A stretch of 64,000 nt of DNA from Nemertoderma westbladi (lineage: Eukaryota > Animalia > Xenacoelomorpha): the NCBI GenBank assembly GCA_032718475.1, contig JAUCBJ010005892.1, positions 7,562-71,561 on the forward strand, read 5' to 3'. The notes under the pieces are model-generated. The model searched no databases, had not been told where the DNA came from, and saw only the letters and a list, made by a program, of their open reading frames with translations. Below, one piece after another: positions 37,101 to 49,400 of the stretch (position 1 is the first letter of the stretch; each line of letters begins with the position of its first letter). The position numbers and the translations under genes are program-made.

Positions 37101-39753
37101 GAAACCAGAGACTATTCATAGTGAATCAAAGCGGCGTTGGTTGGTGAAACCAGAGACTATTCATAGTGAATCAAAGCGGCGTTGGTTGGTGAAACCAGAG
37201 ACTATTCATAGTGAATCAAAGCGGCGTTGGTTGCTGAAACCAGAGACTATTCATAGTGAATCAAAGCGGCGTTAATTGGAGAAACCAGAGACTATTCATA
37301 GTGAATCAAAGCGGCGTTGGTTGCTGAAACCAGAGACTATTCATAGTGAATCAAAGCGGCGTTAATTGGAGAAACCAGAGACTATTCATAGTGAATCAAA
37401 GCGGCGTTAATTGGTGAAACCAGAGACTATTCATAGTGAATCAAAGCGGCGTTAATTGGAGAAACCAGAGACTATTCATAGTGAATCAAAGCGGCGTTAA
37501 TTGGAGAAACCAGAGACTATTCATAGTGAATCAAAGCGGCGTTAATTGGAGAAACCAGAGACTATTCATAGTGAATCAAAGCGGCGTTGGTTGCTGAAAC
37601 CAGAGACTATTCATAGTGAATCAAAGCGGCGTTAATTGGAGAAACCAGAGACTATTCATAGTGAATCAAAGCGGCGTTAATTGGTGAAACCAGAGACTAT
37701 TCATAGTGAATCAAAGCGGCGTTGGTTGGTGAAACCAGAGACTATTCATAGTGAATCAAAGCGGCGTTAATTGGTGAAACCAGAGACTATTCATAGTGAA
37801 TCAAAGCGGCGTTAATTGGTGAAACCAGAGACTATTCATAGTGAATCAAAGCGGCGTTAATTGGTGAAACCAGAGACTATTCATAGTGAATCAAAGCGGC
37901 GTTAATTGGTGAAACCAGAGACTATTCATAGTGAATCAAAGCGGCGTTAATTGGTGAAACCAGAGACTATTCATAGTGAATCAAAGCGGCGTTAATTGGT
38001 GAAACCAGAGACTATTCATAGTGAATCAAAGCGGCGTTAATTGGTGAAACCAGAGACTATTCATAGTGAATCAAAGCGGCGTTAATTGGTGAAACCAGAG
38101 ACTATTCATAGTGAATCAAAGCGGCGTTGGTTGGTGAAACCAGAGACTATTCATAGTGAATCAAAGCGGCGTTGGTTGGTGAAACCAGAGACTATTCATA
38201 GTGAATCAAAGCGGCGTTGGTTGGTGTAACCAGAGACTATTCATAGTGAATCAAAGCGGCGTTGGTTGGTGAAACCAGAGACTATTCATAGTGAATCAAA
38301 GCGGCGTTAATTGGTGAAACCAGAGACTATTCATAGTGAATCAAAGCGGCGTTAATTGGTGAAACCAGAGACTATTCATAGTGAATCAAAGCGGCGTTAA
38401 TTGGTGAAACCAGAGACTATTCATAGTGAATCAAAGCGGCGTTAATTGGTGAAACCAGAGACTATTCATAGTGAATCAAAGCGGCGTTAATTGGTGAAAC
38501 CAGAGACTATTCATAGTGAATCACAGCGGCGTTAATTGGTGAAACCAGAGACTATTCATAGTGAATCAAAGCGGCGTTAATTGGTGAAACCAGAGACTAT
38601 TCATAGTGAATCAAAGCGGCGTTGGTTGGTGAAACCAGAGACTATTCATAGTGAATCAAAGCGGCGTTAATTGGTGAAACCAGAGACTATTCATAGTGAA
38701 TCAAAGCGGCGTTAATTGGTGAAACCAGAGACTATTCATAGTGAATCAAAGCGGCGTTAATTGGTGAAACCAGAGACTATTCATAGTGAATCAAAGCGGC
38801 GTTAATTGGTGAAACCAGAGACTATTCATAGTGAATCAAAGCGGCGTTAATTGGTGAAACCAGAGACTATTCATAGTGAATCAAAGCGGCGTTAATTGGT
38901 GAAACCAGAGACTATTCATAGTGAATCAAAGCGGCGTTAATTGGTGAAACCAGAGACTATTCATAGTGAATCAAAGCGGCGTTAATTGGTGAAACCAGAG
39001 ACTATTCATAGTGAATCAAAGCGGCGTTAATTGGTGAAACCAGAGACTATTCATAGTGAATCAAAGCGGCGTTAATTGGTGAAACCAGAGACTATTCATA
39101 GTGAATCAAAGCGGCGTTAATTGGTGAAACCAGAGACTATTCATAGTGAATCAAAGCGGCGTTAATTGGTGAAACCAGAGACTATTCATAGTGAATCAAA
39201 GCGGCGTTGGTTGGTGAAACCAGAGACTATTCATAGTGAATCAAAGCGGCGTTAATTGGTGAAACCAGAGACTATTCATAGTGAATCACAGCGGCGTTAA
39301 TTGGTGAAACCAGAGACTATTCATAGTGAATCAAAGCGGCGTTAATTGGTGAAACCAGAGACTATTCATAGTGAATCAAAGCGGCGTTGGTTGGTGAAAC
39401 CAGAGACTATTCATAGTGAATCAAAGCGGCGTTAATTGGTGAAACCAGAGACTATTCATAGTGAATCAAAGCGGCGTTAATTGGTGAAACCAGAGACTAT
39501 TCATAGTGAATCAAAGCGGCGTTAATTGGTGAAACCAGAGACTATTCATAGTGAATCAAAGCGGCGTTAATTGGTGAAACCAGAGACTATTCATAGTGAA
39601 TCAAAGCGGCGTTAATTGGTGAAACCAGAGACTATTCATAGTGAATCAAAGCGGCGTTAATTGGTGAAACCAGAGACTATTCATAGTGAATCAAAGCGGC
39701 GTTAATTGGTGAAACCAGAGACTATTCATAGTGAATCAAAGCGGCGTTGGTTG
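25200..39753. repeat. 45-bp satellite, left block, ~323 copies (ttggtgaaaccagagactattcatagtgaatcaaagcggcgtt[gg/aa])
   Basis: Directly visible; the period is strictly 45. Confidence 0.99.
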
Positions 39754-42700
39754 CACTGAAAAAAGTAAGTGCCGGTCGATTTTTTAACCATTGGTTATGG
39801 ATAGGTACTTGCGGTAGTGATTGGTAAACCGGGGGTTAGTATGGATCATACAAAAATGGCTGGTAGTAACCTCCGGTTACGATATTAAACCGGCGGTTTA
39901 AGATGTATTGGTTATATTATCTGAAAAGAAACCTGTAGTCATTGCGGAATTTTACATAGAAAGTGACGGTTGTATTAAAAAGGTGGTTATTAAATTTTCA
40001 AACTAGCGGTTCTTATTGATGAAAACATATATATTTTTCAAACCGGCGGTTTTTATGAAATGTAAAATGGCGGTTTTATTTTCAAACTGTTGGTTCTTGT
40101 TAATTAAACGCTTATAGTTTTCAAACCGGCGGTTTTTATGAAATGTAAAAATGGTGGTCTTATATTCAATCTGTCGGTTCTTGTTAATAAACACGTCTAT
40201 GTAGTTTTCCAACCGGCGGTTTTTATGAAATGTAAAAATGGCGGTTATATTTTCACAATTGCCGATTTTTACTATACATACAAAGATACATTGTATAATT
40301 CAACTGGTAATGCCGTTATTACTGTATTACAGAGGCGTGATATAATATAACTAATTTACAATAATAACTGCCAGTTTATCACAGAACCACAGATTTACAA
40401 TAATGACTGCCAGTTTATCACAGAACCACAGATTTACAATAATGACTGCCAGTTTATCACAGAACCACAGATTTACAATAATGACTGCCAGTTTATCACA
40501 GAACCACAGATTTATAATAATGACTGCCAGTTTATCACAGAACCACAGATTTACAATAATGACTGCCAGTTTATCACAGAACCACAGATTTACAATAATG
40601 ACTGCCAGTTTATCACAGAACCACAGATTTACAATAATGACTGCCAGTTTATCACAGAACCACAGATTTACAATAATGACTGCCAGTTTATCACAGAACC
40701 ACAGATTTACAATAATGACTGCCAGTTTATCACAGAACCACAGATTTACAATAATAACTGCCAGTTTATCACAGAACCACAGATTTACAATAATGACTGC
40801 CAGTTTATCACAGAACCACAGATTTACAATAATGACTGCCAGTTTATCACAGAACCACAGATTTACAATAATGACTGCCAGTTTATCACAGAACCACAGA
40901 TTTACAATAATGACTGCCAGTTTATCACAGAACCACAGATTTACAATAATGACTGCCAGTTTATCACAGAACCACAGATTTACAATAATGACTGCCAGTT
41001 TATCACAGAACCACAGATTTACAATAATGACTGCCAGTTTATCACAGAACCACAGATTTACAATAATAACTGCCAGTTTATCACAGAACCACAGATTTAC
41101 AATAATGACTGCCAGTTTATCACAGAACCACAGATTTACAATAATGACTGCCAGTTTATCACAGAACCACAGATTTACAATAATAACTGCCAGTTTATCA
41201 CAGAACCACAGATTTACAATAATGACTGCCAGTTTATCACAGAACCACAGATTTACAATAATGACTGCCAGTTTATCACAGAACCACAGATTTACAATAA
41301 TGACTGCCAGTTTATCACAGAACCACAGATTTACAATAATGACTGCCAGTTTATCACAGAACCACAGATTTACAATAATAACTGCCAGTTTATCACAGAA
41401 CCACAGATTTACAATAATGACTGCCAGTTTATCACAGAACCACAGATTTACAATAATGACTGCCAGTTTATCACAGAACCACAGATTTACAATAATAACT
41501 GCCAGTTTATCACAGAACCACAGATTTACAATAATGACTGCCAGTTTATCACAGAACCACAGATTTATAATAATGACTGCCAGTTTATCACAGAACCACA
41601 GATTTACAATAATGACTGCCAGTTTATCACAGAACCACAGATTTACAATAATGACTGCCAGTTTATCACAGAACCACAGATTTACAATAATGACTGCCAG
41701 TTTATCACAGAACCACAGATTTACAATAATGACTGCCAGTTTATCACAGAACCACAGATTTACAATAATGACTGCCAGTTTATCACAGAACCACAGATTT
41801 ATAATAATGACTGCCAGTTTATCACAGAACCACAGATTTACAATAATGACTGCCAGTTTATCACAGAACCACAGATTTACAATAATGACTGCCAGTTTAT
41901 CACAGAACCACAGATTTACAATAATGACTGCCAGTTTATCACAGAACCACAGATTTACAATAATAACTGCCAGTTTATCACAGAACCACAGATTTACAAT
42001 AATGACTGCCAGTTTATCACAGAACCACAGATTTACAATAATGACTGCCAGTTTATCACAGAACCACAGATTTACAATAATGACTGCCAGTTTATCACAG
42101 AACCACAGATTTACAATAATGACTGCCAGTTTATCACAGAACCACAGATTTATCAATAATGACTGCCAGTTTATCACAGAACCACAGATTTACAATAATG
42201 ACTGCCAGTTTATCACAGAACCACAGATTTACAATAATGACTGCCAGTTTATCACAGAACCACAGATTTACAATAATGACTGCCAGTTTATCACAGAACC
42301 ACAGATTTACAATAATCACTGCCAGTTTATCACAGAACCACAGATATAGAACCGCAGATTTGCAATAATAACTGCCAGTTTATCACAGAACCACACACAG
42401 ATTTACAAACTAATAACTGCCAGTTTGTATATGTAAATATAAAAAGTAAATATATATAATTAAAACATAATTTTAAATTATTAATTAAACTTGGTTAAAA
42501 TTAATTAATTTATATAAATTAATTGAAATGAATTATCTAATATGGCTGAAAAGAAGACAAATGATATTAAAATTAATAATCAAAACACTATTTTGTTGAT
42601 CATCAACTAAATTTAATTAGGATATCCATAAATCTAAATGAATTAAATATTTTCCTATATACTTAGCCGTGTGTATCCAATGTGTATGTAGAGTATTGTA

Positions 42701-43443
42701 TGCATTGGCCATAGGCCGTAAGCGTAGGGTAGGATGTAGGGATTAGATAAGGTAGGCTTTCACCCCCCTCTCCCAATCCATGACATTGAGCTTCATGTGT
42801 GCCCTGAATGTCCTGTGCTCCTAACCAAACATTATTTTCAGATAACCACAGGTTTATAAGATTTTTTTTGCTCTTTATAACCACAGGTTAGTACGTTTTA
42901 ACCGTGGGTTTTTCTTTTATAACCACAGGTTATAAATAAATTAAAGCCTCTGTTTATTAAGATTACCCCAGTTTTCTCAAAAAAACCGCAGTTGACTGTT
43001 AATTAAACGGCGGTTTCGTAAAAACTGGTTTATTTGGTTGCCGTTTTACCTGTGGTTTTTTTGAGAAAACCGGCTGTTTTAAATAGTTGAAACGCCAGTT
43101 ACCAGCAGTAAACCATAGGTTAATAAATGCCGATTAAGTATTCGACCGGGAATTTGCGTTAAACCAGAACCTGAGGTTACAGAAACCGGCAGTTCCTTGC
43201 GATATAAAATACCAGAGGTTTTACAACGCATTTTTAGGTTCTAAACAACTGGGGGTTATGGAACCGCCGGTTTTACGAGAGATAATCAACCCCCGGTTTG
43301 CACAACTGCCAGTTCTTGGCAACGTTTATTTACCGCCGGTTTGTAAAAACAACCTGCGGTGGTTTTCGTTGCAAAACAACCCCAGGTAGTTCTTGCAAAC
43401 CGGCAGTTTTTTAACAAAATACCACCATTTACTTTTTTCAGTG
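39754..43443. mobile_element. Non-autonomous CMC/EnSpm-type DNA transposon, 3690 bp
   Basis: Perfect 15-bp TIR CACTGAAAAAAGTAA..TTACTTTTTTCAGTG. 2-bp TSD TG (39752-53 / 43444-45), deduced from the satellite unit. Many AACCnCnGGTT-type subterminal motifs. No transposase ORF. Confidence 0.9.
40354..42426. repeat. 39-bp tandem array, ~53 near-identical copies (atttacaataatgactgccagtttatcacagaaccacag)
   Basis: Directly visible inside the CACTG element. Confidence 0.99.
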
Positions 43444-46400
43444 TGGTGAAACCAGAGACTATTCATAGTGAATCAAAGCGGCGTTGGTTGGTGAAACCAG
43501 AGACTATTCATAGTGAATCAAAGCGGCGTTGGTTGGTGAAACCAGAGACTATTCATAGTGAATCAAAGCGGCGTTAATTGGTGAAACCAGAGACTATTCA
43601 TAGTGAATCAAAGCGGCGTTAATTGGTGAAACCAGAGACTATTCATAGTGAATCAAAGCGGCGTTAATTGGTGAAACCAGAGACTATTCATAGTGAATCA
43701 AAGCGGCGTTGGTTGGTGAAACCAGAGACTATTCATAGTGAATCAAAGCGGCGTTAATTGGTGAAACCAGAGACTATTCATAGTGAATCAAAGCGGCGTT
43801 GGTTGGTGAAACCAGAGACTATTCATAGTGAATCAAAGCGGCGTTGGTTGGTGAAACCAGAGACTATTCATAGTGAATCAAAGCGGCGTTAATTGGTGAA
43901 ACCAGAGACTATTCATAGTGAATCAAAGCGGCGTTAGTTGGTGAAACCAGAGACTATTCATAGTGAATCAAAGCGGCGTTAATTGGTGAAACCAGAGACT
44001 ATTCATAGTGAATCAAAGCGGCGTTAATTGGTGAAACCAGAGACTATTCATAGTGAATCAAAGCGGCGTTGGTTGGTGAAACCAGAGACTATTCATAGTG
44101 AATCAAAGCGGCGTTGGTTGGTGAAACCAGAGACTATTCATAGTGAATCAAAGCGGCGTTGGTTGGTGAAACCAGAGACTATTCATAGTGAATCAAAGCG
44201 GCGTTAGTTGGTGAAACCAGAGACTATTCATAGTGAATCAAAGCGGCGTTGGTTGGTGAAACCAGAGACTATTCATAGTGAATCAAAGCGGCGTTGGTTG
44301 GTGAAACCAGAGACTATTCATAGTGAATCAAAGCGGCGTTGGTTGGTGAAACCAGAGACTATTCATAGTGAATCAAAGCGGCGTTGGTTGGTGAAACCAG
44401 AGACTATTCATAGTGAATCAAAGCGGCGTTGGTTGGTGAAACCAGAGACTATTCATAGTGAATCAAAGCGGCGTTGGTTGGTGAAACCAGAGACTATTCA
44501 TAGTGAATCAAAGCGGCGTTAGTTGGTGAAACCAGAGACTATTCATAGTGAATCAAAGCGGCGTTAATTGGTGAAACCAGAGACTATTCATAGTGAATCA
44601 AAGCGGCGTTATTGGTGAAACCAGAGACTATTCATAGTGAATCAAAGCGGCGTTAGTTGGTGAAACCAGAGACTATTCATAGTGAATCAAAGCGGCGTTG
44701 GTTGGTGAAACCAGAGACTATTCATAGTGAATCAAAGCGGCGTTGGTTGGTGAAACCAGAGACTATTCATAGTGAATCAAAGCGGCGTTGGTTGGTGAAA
44801 CCAGAGACTATTCATAGTGAATCAAAGCGGCGTTAATTGGTGAAACCAGAGACTATTCATAGTGAATCAAAGCGGCGTTGGTTGGTGAAACCAGAGACTA
44901 TTCATAGTGAATCAAAGCGGCGTTAATTGGTGAAACCAGAGACTATTCATAGTGAATCAAAGCGGCGTTAATTGGTGAAACCAGAGACTATTCATAGTGA
45001 ATCAAAGCGGCGTTGGTTGGTGAAACCAGAGACTATTCATAGTGAATCAAAGCGGCGTTGGTTGGTGAAACCAGAGACTATTCATAGTGAATCAAAGCGG
45101 CGTTAATTGGTGAAACCAGAGACTATTCATAGTGAATCAAAGCGGCGTTAATTGGTGAAACCAGAGACTATTCATAGTGAATCAAAGCGGCGTTGGTTGG
45201 TGAAACCAGAGACTATTCATAGTGAATCAAAGCGGCGTTGGTTGGTGAAACCAGAGACTATTCATAGTGAATCAAAGCGGCGTTGGTTGGTGAAACCAGA
45301 GACTATTCATAGTGAATCAAAGCGGCGTTGGTTGGTGAAACCAGAGACTATTCATAGTGAATCAAAGCGGCGTTGGTTGGTGAAACCAGAGACTATTCAT
45401 AGTGAATCAAAGCGGCGTTGGTTGGTGAAACCAGAGACTATTCATAGTGAATCAAAGCGGCGTTAATTGGTGAAACCAGAGACTATTCATAGTGAATCAA
45501 AGCGGCGTTAATTGGTGAAACCAGAGACTATTCATAGTGAATCAAAGCGGCGTTAATTGGTGAAACCAGAGACTATTCATAGTGAATCAAAGCGGCGTTG
45601 GTTGGTGAAACCAGAGACTATTCATAGTGAATCAAAGCGGCGTTAATTGGTGAAACCAGAGACTATTCATAGTGAATCAAAGCGGCGTTGGTTGGTGAAA
45701 CCAGAGACTATTCATAGTGAATCAAAGCGGCGTTAATTGGTGAAACCAGAGACTATTCATAGTGAATCAAAGCGGCGTTGGTTGGTGAAACCAGAGACTA
45801 TTCATAGTGAATCAAAGCGGCGTTGGTTGGTGAAACCAGAGACTATTCATAGTGAATCAAAGCGGCGTTGGTTGGTGAAACCAGAGACTATTCATAGTGA
45901 ATCAAAGCGGCGTTAATTGGTGAAACCAGAGACTATTCATAGTGAATCAAAGCGGCGTTGGTTGGTGAAACCAGAGACTATTCATAGTGAATCAAAGCGG
46001 CGTTGGTTGGTGAAACCAGAGACTATTCATAGTGAATCAAAGCGGCGTTAATTGGTGAAACCAGAGACTATTCATAGTGAATCAAAGCGGCGTTAATTGG
46101 TGAAACCAGAGACTATTCATAGTGAATCAAAGCGGCGTTGGTTGGTGAAACCAGAGACTATTCATAGTGAATCAAAGCGGCGTTGGTTGGTGAAACCAGA
46201 GACTATTCATAGTGAATCAAAGCGGCGTTGGTTGGTGAAACCAGAGACTATTCATAGTGAATCAAAGCGGCGTTGGTTGGTGAAACCAGAGACTATTCAT
46301 AGTGAATCAAAGCGGCGTTAATTGGTGAAACCAGAGACTATTCATAGTGAATCAAAGCGGCGTTGGTTGGTGAAACCAGAGACTATTCATAGTGAATCAA

Positions 46401-49400
46401 AGCGGCGTTGGTTGGTGAAACCAGAGACTATTCATAGTGAATCAAAGCGGCGTTGGTTGGTGAAACCAGAGACTATTCATAGTGAATCAAAGCGGCGTTA
46501 ATTGGTGAAACCAGAGACTATTCATAGTGAATCAAAGCGGCGTTGGTTGGTGAAACCAGAGACTATTCATAGTGAATCAAAGCGGCGTTAATTGGTGAAA
46601 CCAGAGACTATTCATAGTGAATCAAAGCGGCGTTGGTTGGTGAAACCAGAGACTATTCATAGTGAATCAAAGCGGCGTTAATTGGTGAAACCAGAGACTA
46701 TTCATAGTGAATCAAAGCGGCGTTGGTTGGTGAAACCAGAGACTATTCATAGTGAATCAAAGCGGCGTTAATTGGTGAAACCAGAGACTATTCATAGTGA
46801 ATCAAAGCGGCGTTGGTTGGTGAAACCAGAGACTATTCATAGTGAATCAAAGCGGCGTTGGTTGGTGAAACCAGAGACTATTCATAGTGAATCAAAGCGG
46901 CGTTGGTTGGTGAAACCAGAGACTATTCATAGTGAATCAAAGCGGCGTTAATTGGTGAAACCAGAGACTATTCATAGTGAATCAAAGCGGCGTTGGTTGG
47001 TGAAACCAGAGACTATTCATAGTGAATCAAAGCGGCGTTAATTGGTGAAACCAGAGACTATTCATAGTGAATCAAAGCGGCGTTGGTTGGTGAAACCAGA
47101 GACTATTCATAGTGAATCAAAGCGGCGTTAATTGGTGAAACCAGAGACTATTCATAGTGAATCAAAGCGGCGTTGGTTGGTGAAACCAGAGACTATTCAT
47201 AGTGAATCAAAGCGGCGTTGGTTGGTGAAACCAGAGACTATTCATAGTGAATCAAAGCGGCGTTAATTGGTGAAACCAGAGACTATTCATAGTGAATCAA
47301 AGCGGCGTTGGTTGGTGAAACCAGAGACTATTCATAGTGAATCAAAGCGGCGTTGGTTGGTGAAACCAGAGACTATTCATAGTGAATCAAAGCGGCGTTG
47401 GTTGGTGAAACCAGAGACTATTCATAGTGAATCAAAGCGGCGTTAATTGGTGAAACCAGAGACTATTCATAGTGAATCAAAGCGGCGTTAATTGGTGAAA
47501 CCAGAGACTATTCATAGTGAATCAAAGCGGCGTTAATTGGTGAAACCAGAGACTATTCATAGTGAATCAAAGCGGCGTTGGTTGGTGAAACCAGAGACTA
47601 TTCATAGTGAATCAAAGCGGCGTTAGTTGGTGAAACCAGAGACTATTCATAGTGAATCAAAGCGGCGTTGGTTGGTGAAACCAGAGACTATTCATAGTGA
47701 ATCAAAGCGGCGTTGGTTGGTGAAACCAGAGACTATTCATAGTGAATCAAAGCGGCGTTGGTTGGTGAAACCAGAGACTATTCATAGTGAATCAAAGCGG
47801 CGTTAATTGGTGAAACCAGAGACTATTCATAGTGAATCAAAGCGGCGTTGGTTGGTGAAACCAGAGACTATTCATAGTGAATCAAAGCGGCGTTGGTTGG
47901 TGAAACCAGAGACTATTCATAGTGAATCAAAGCGGCGTTAATTGGTGAAACCAGAGACTATTCATAGTGAATCAAAGCGGCGTTGGTTGGTGAAACCAGA
48001 GACTATTCATAGTGAATCAAAGCGGCGTTGGTTGGTGAAACCAGAGACTATTCATAGTGAATCAAAGCGGCGTTAATTGGTGAAACCAGAGACTATTCAT
48101 AGTGAATCAAAGCGGCGTTGGTTGGTGAAACCAGAGACTATTCATAGTGAATCAAAGCGGCGTTAATTGGTGAAACCAGAGACTATTCATAGTGAATCAA
48201 AGCGGCGTTAATTGGTGAAACCAGAGACTATTCATAGTGAATCAAAGCGGCGTTAATTGGTGAAACCAGAGACTATTCATAGTGAATCAAAGCGGCGTTG
48301 GTTGGTGAAACCAGAGACTATTCATAGTGAATCAAAGCGGCGTTAATTGGTGAAACCAGAGACTATTCATAGTGAATCAAAGCGGCGTTGGTTGGTGAAA
48401 CCAGAGACTATTCATAGTGAATCAAAGCGGCGTTAATTGGTGAAACCAGAGACTATTCATAGTGAATCAAAGCGGCGTTAATTGGTGAAACCAGAGACTA
48501 TTCATAGTGAATCAAAGCGGCGTTGGTTGGTGAAACCAGAGACTATTCATAGTGAATCAAAGCGGCGTTAATTGGTGAAACCAGAGACTATTCATAGTGA
48601 ATCAAAGCGGCGTTGGTTGGTGAAACCAGAGACTATTCATAGTGAATCAAAGCGGCGTTAATTGGTGAAACCAGAGACTATTCATAGTGAATCAAAGCGG
48701 CGTTAATTGGTGAAACCAGAGACTATTCATAGTGAATCAAAGCGGCGTTAATTGGTGAAACCAGAGACTATTCATAGTGAATCAAAGCGGCGTTAATTGG
48801 TGAAACCAGAGACTATTCATAGTGAATCAAAGCGGCGTTGGTTGGTGAAACCAGAGACTATTCATAGTGAATCAAAGCGGCGTTAATTGGTGAAACCAGA
48901 GACTATTCATAGTGAATCAAAGCGGCGTTAATTGGTGAAACCAGAGACTATTCATAGTGAATCAAAGCGGCGTTAATTGGTGAAACCAGAGACTATTCAT
49001 AGTGAATCAAAGCGGCGTTAATTGGTGAAACCAGAGACTATTCATAGTGAATCAAAGCGGCGTTGGTTGGTGAAACCAGAGACTATTCATAGTGAATCAA
49101 AGCGGCGTTGGTTGGTGAAACCAGAGACTATTCATAGTGAATCAAAGCGGCGTTGGTTGCTGAAACCAGAGACTATTCATAGTGAATCAAAGCGGCGTTA
49201 ATTGGTGAAACCAGAGACTATTCATAGTGAATCAAAGCGGCGTTGGTTGGTGAAACCAGAGACTATTCATAGTGAATCAAAGCGGCGTTGGTTGGTGAAA
49301 CCAGAGACTATTCATAGTGAATCAAAGCGGCGTTAATTGGTGAAACCAGAGACTATTCATAGTGAATCAAAGCGGCGTTGGTTGGTGAAACCAGAGACTA

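Noticed and set aside
40351-42368. 608-aa and 648-aa ORFs
   Set aside because: They come from a 39-bp tandem unit that lacks stops in several frames on both strands, inside a non-autonomous transposon.
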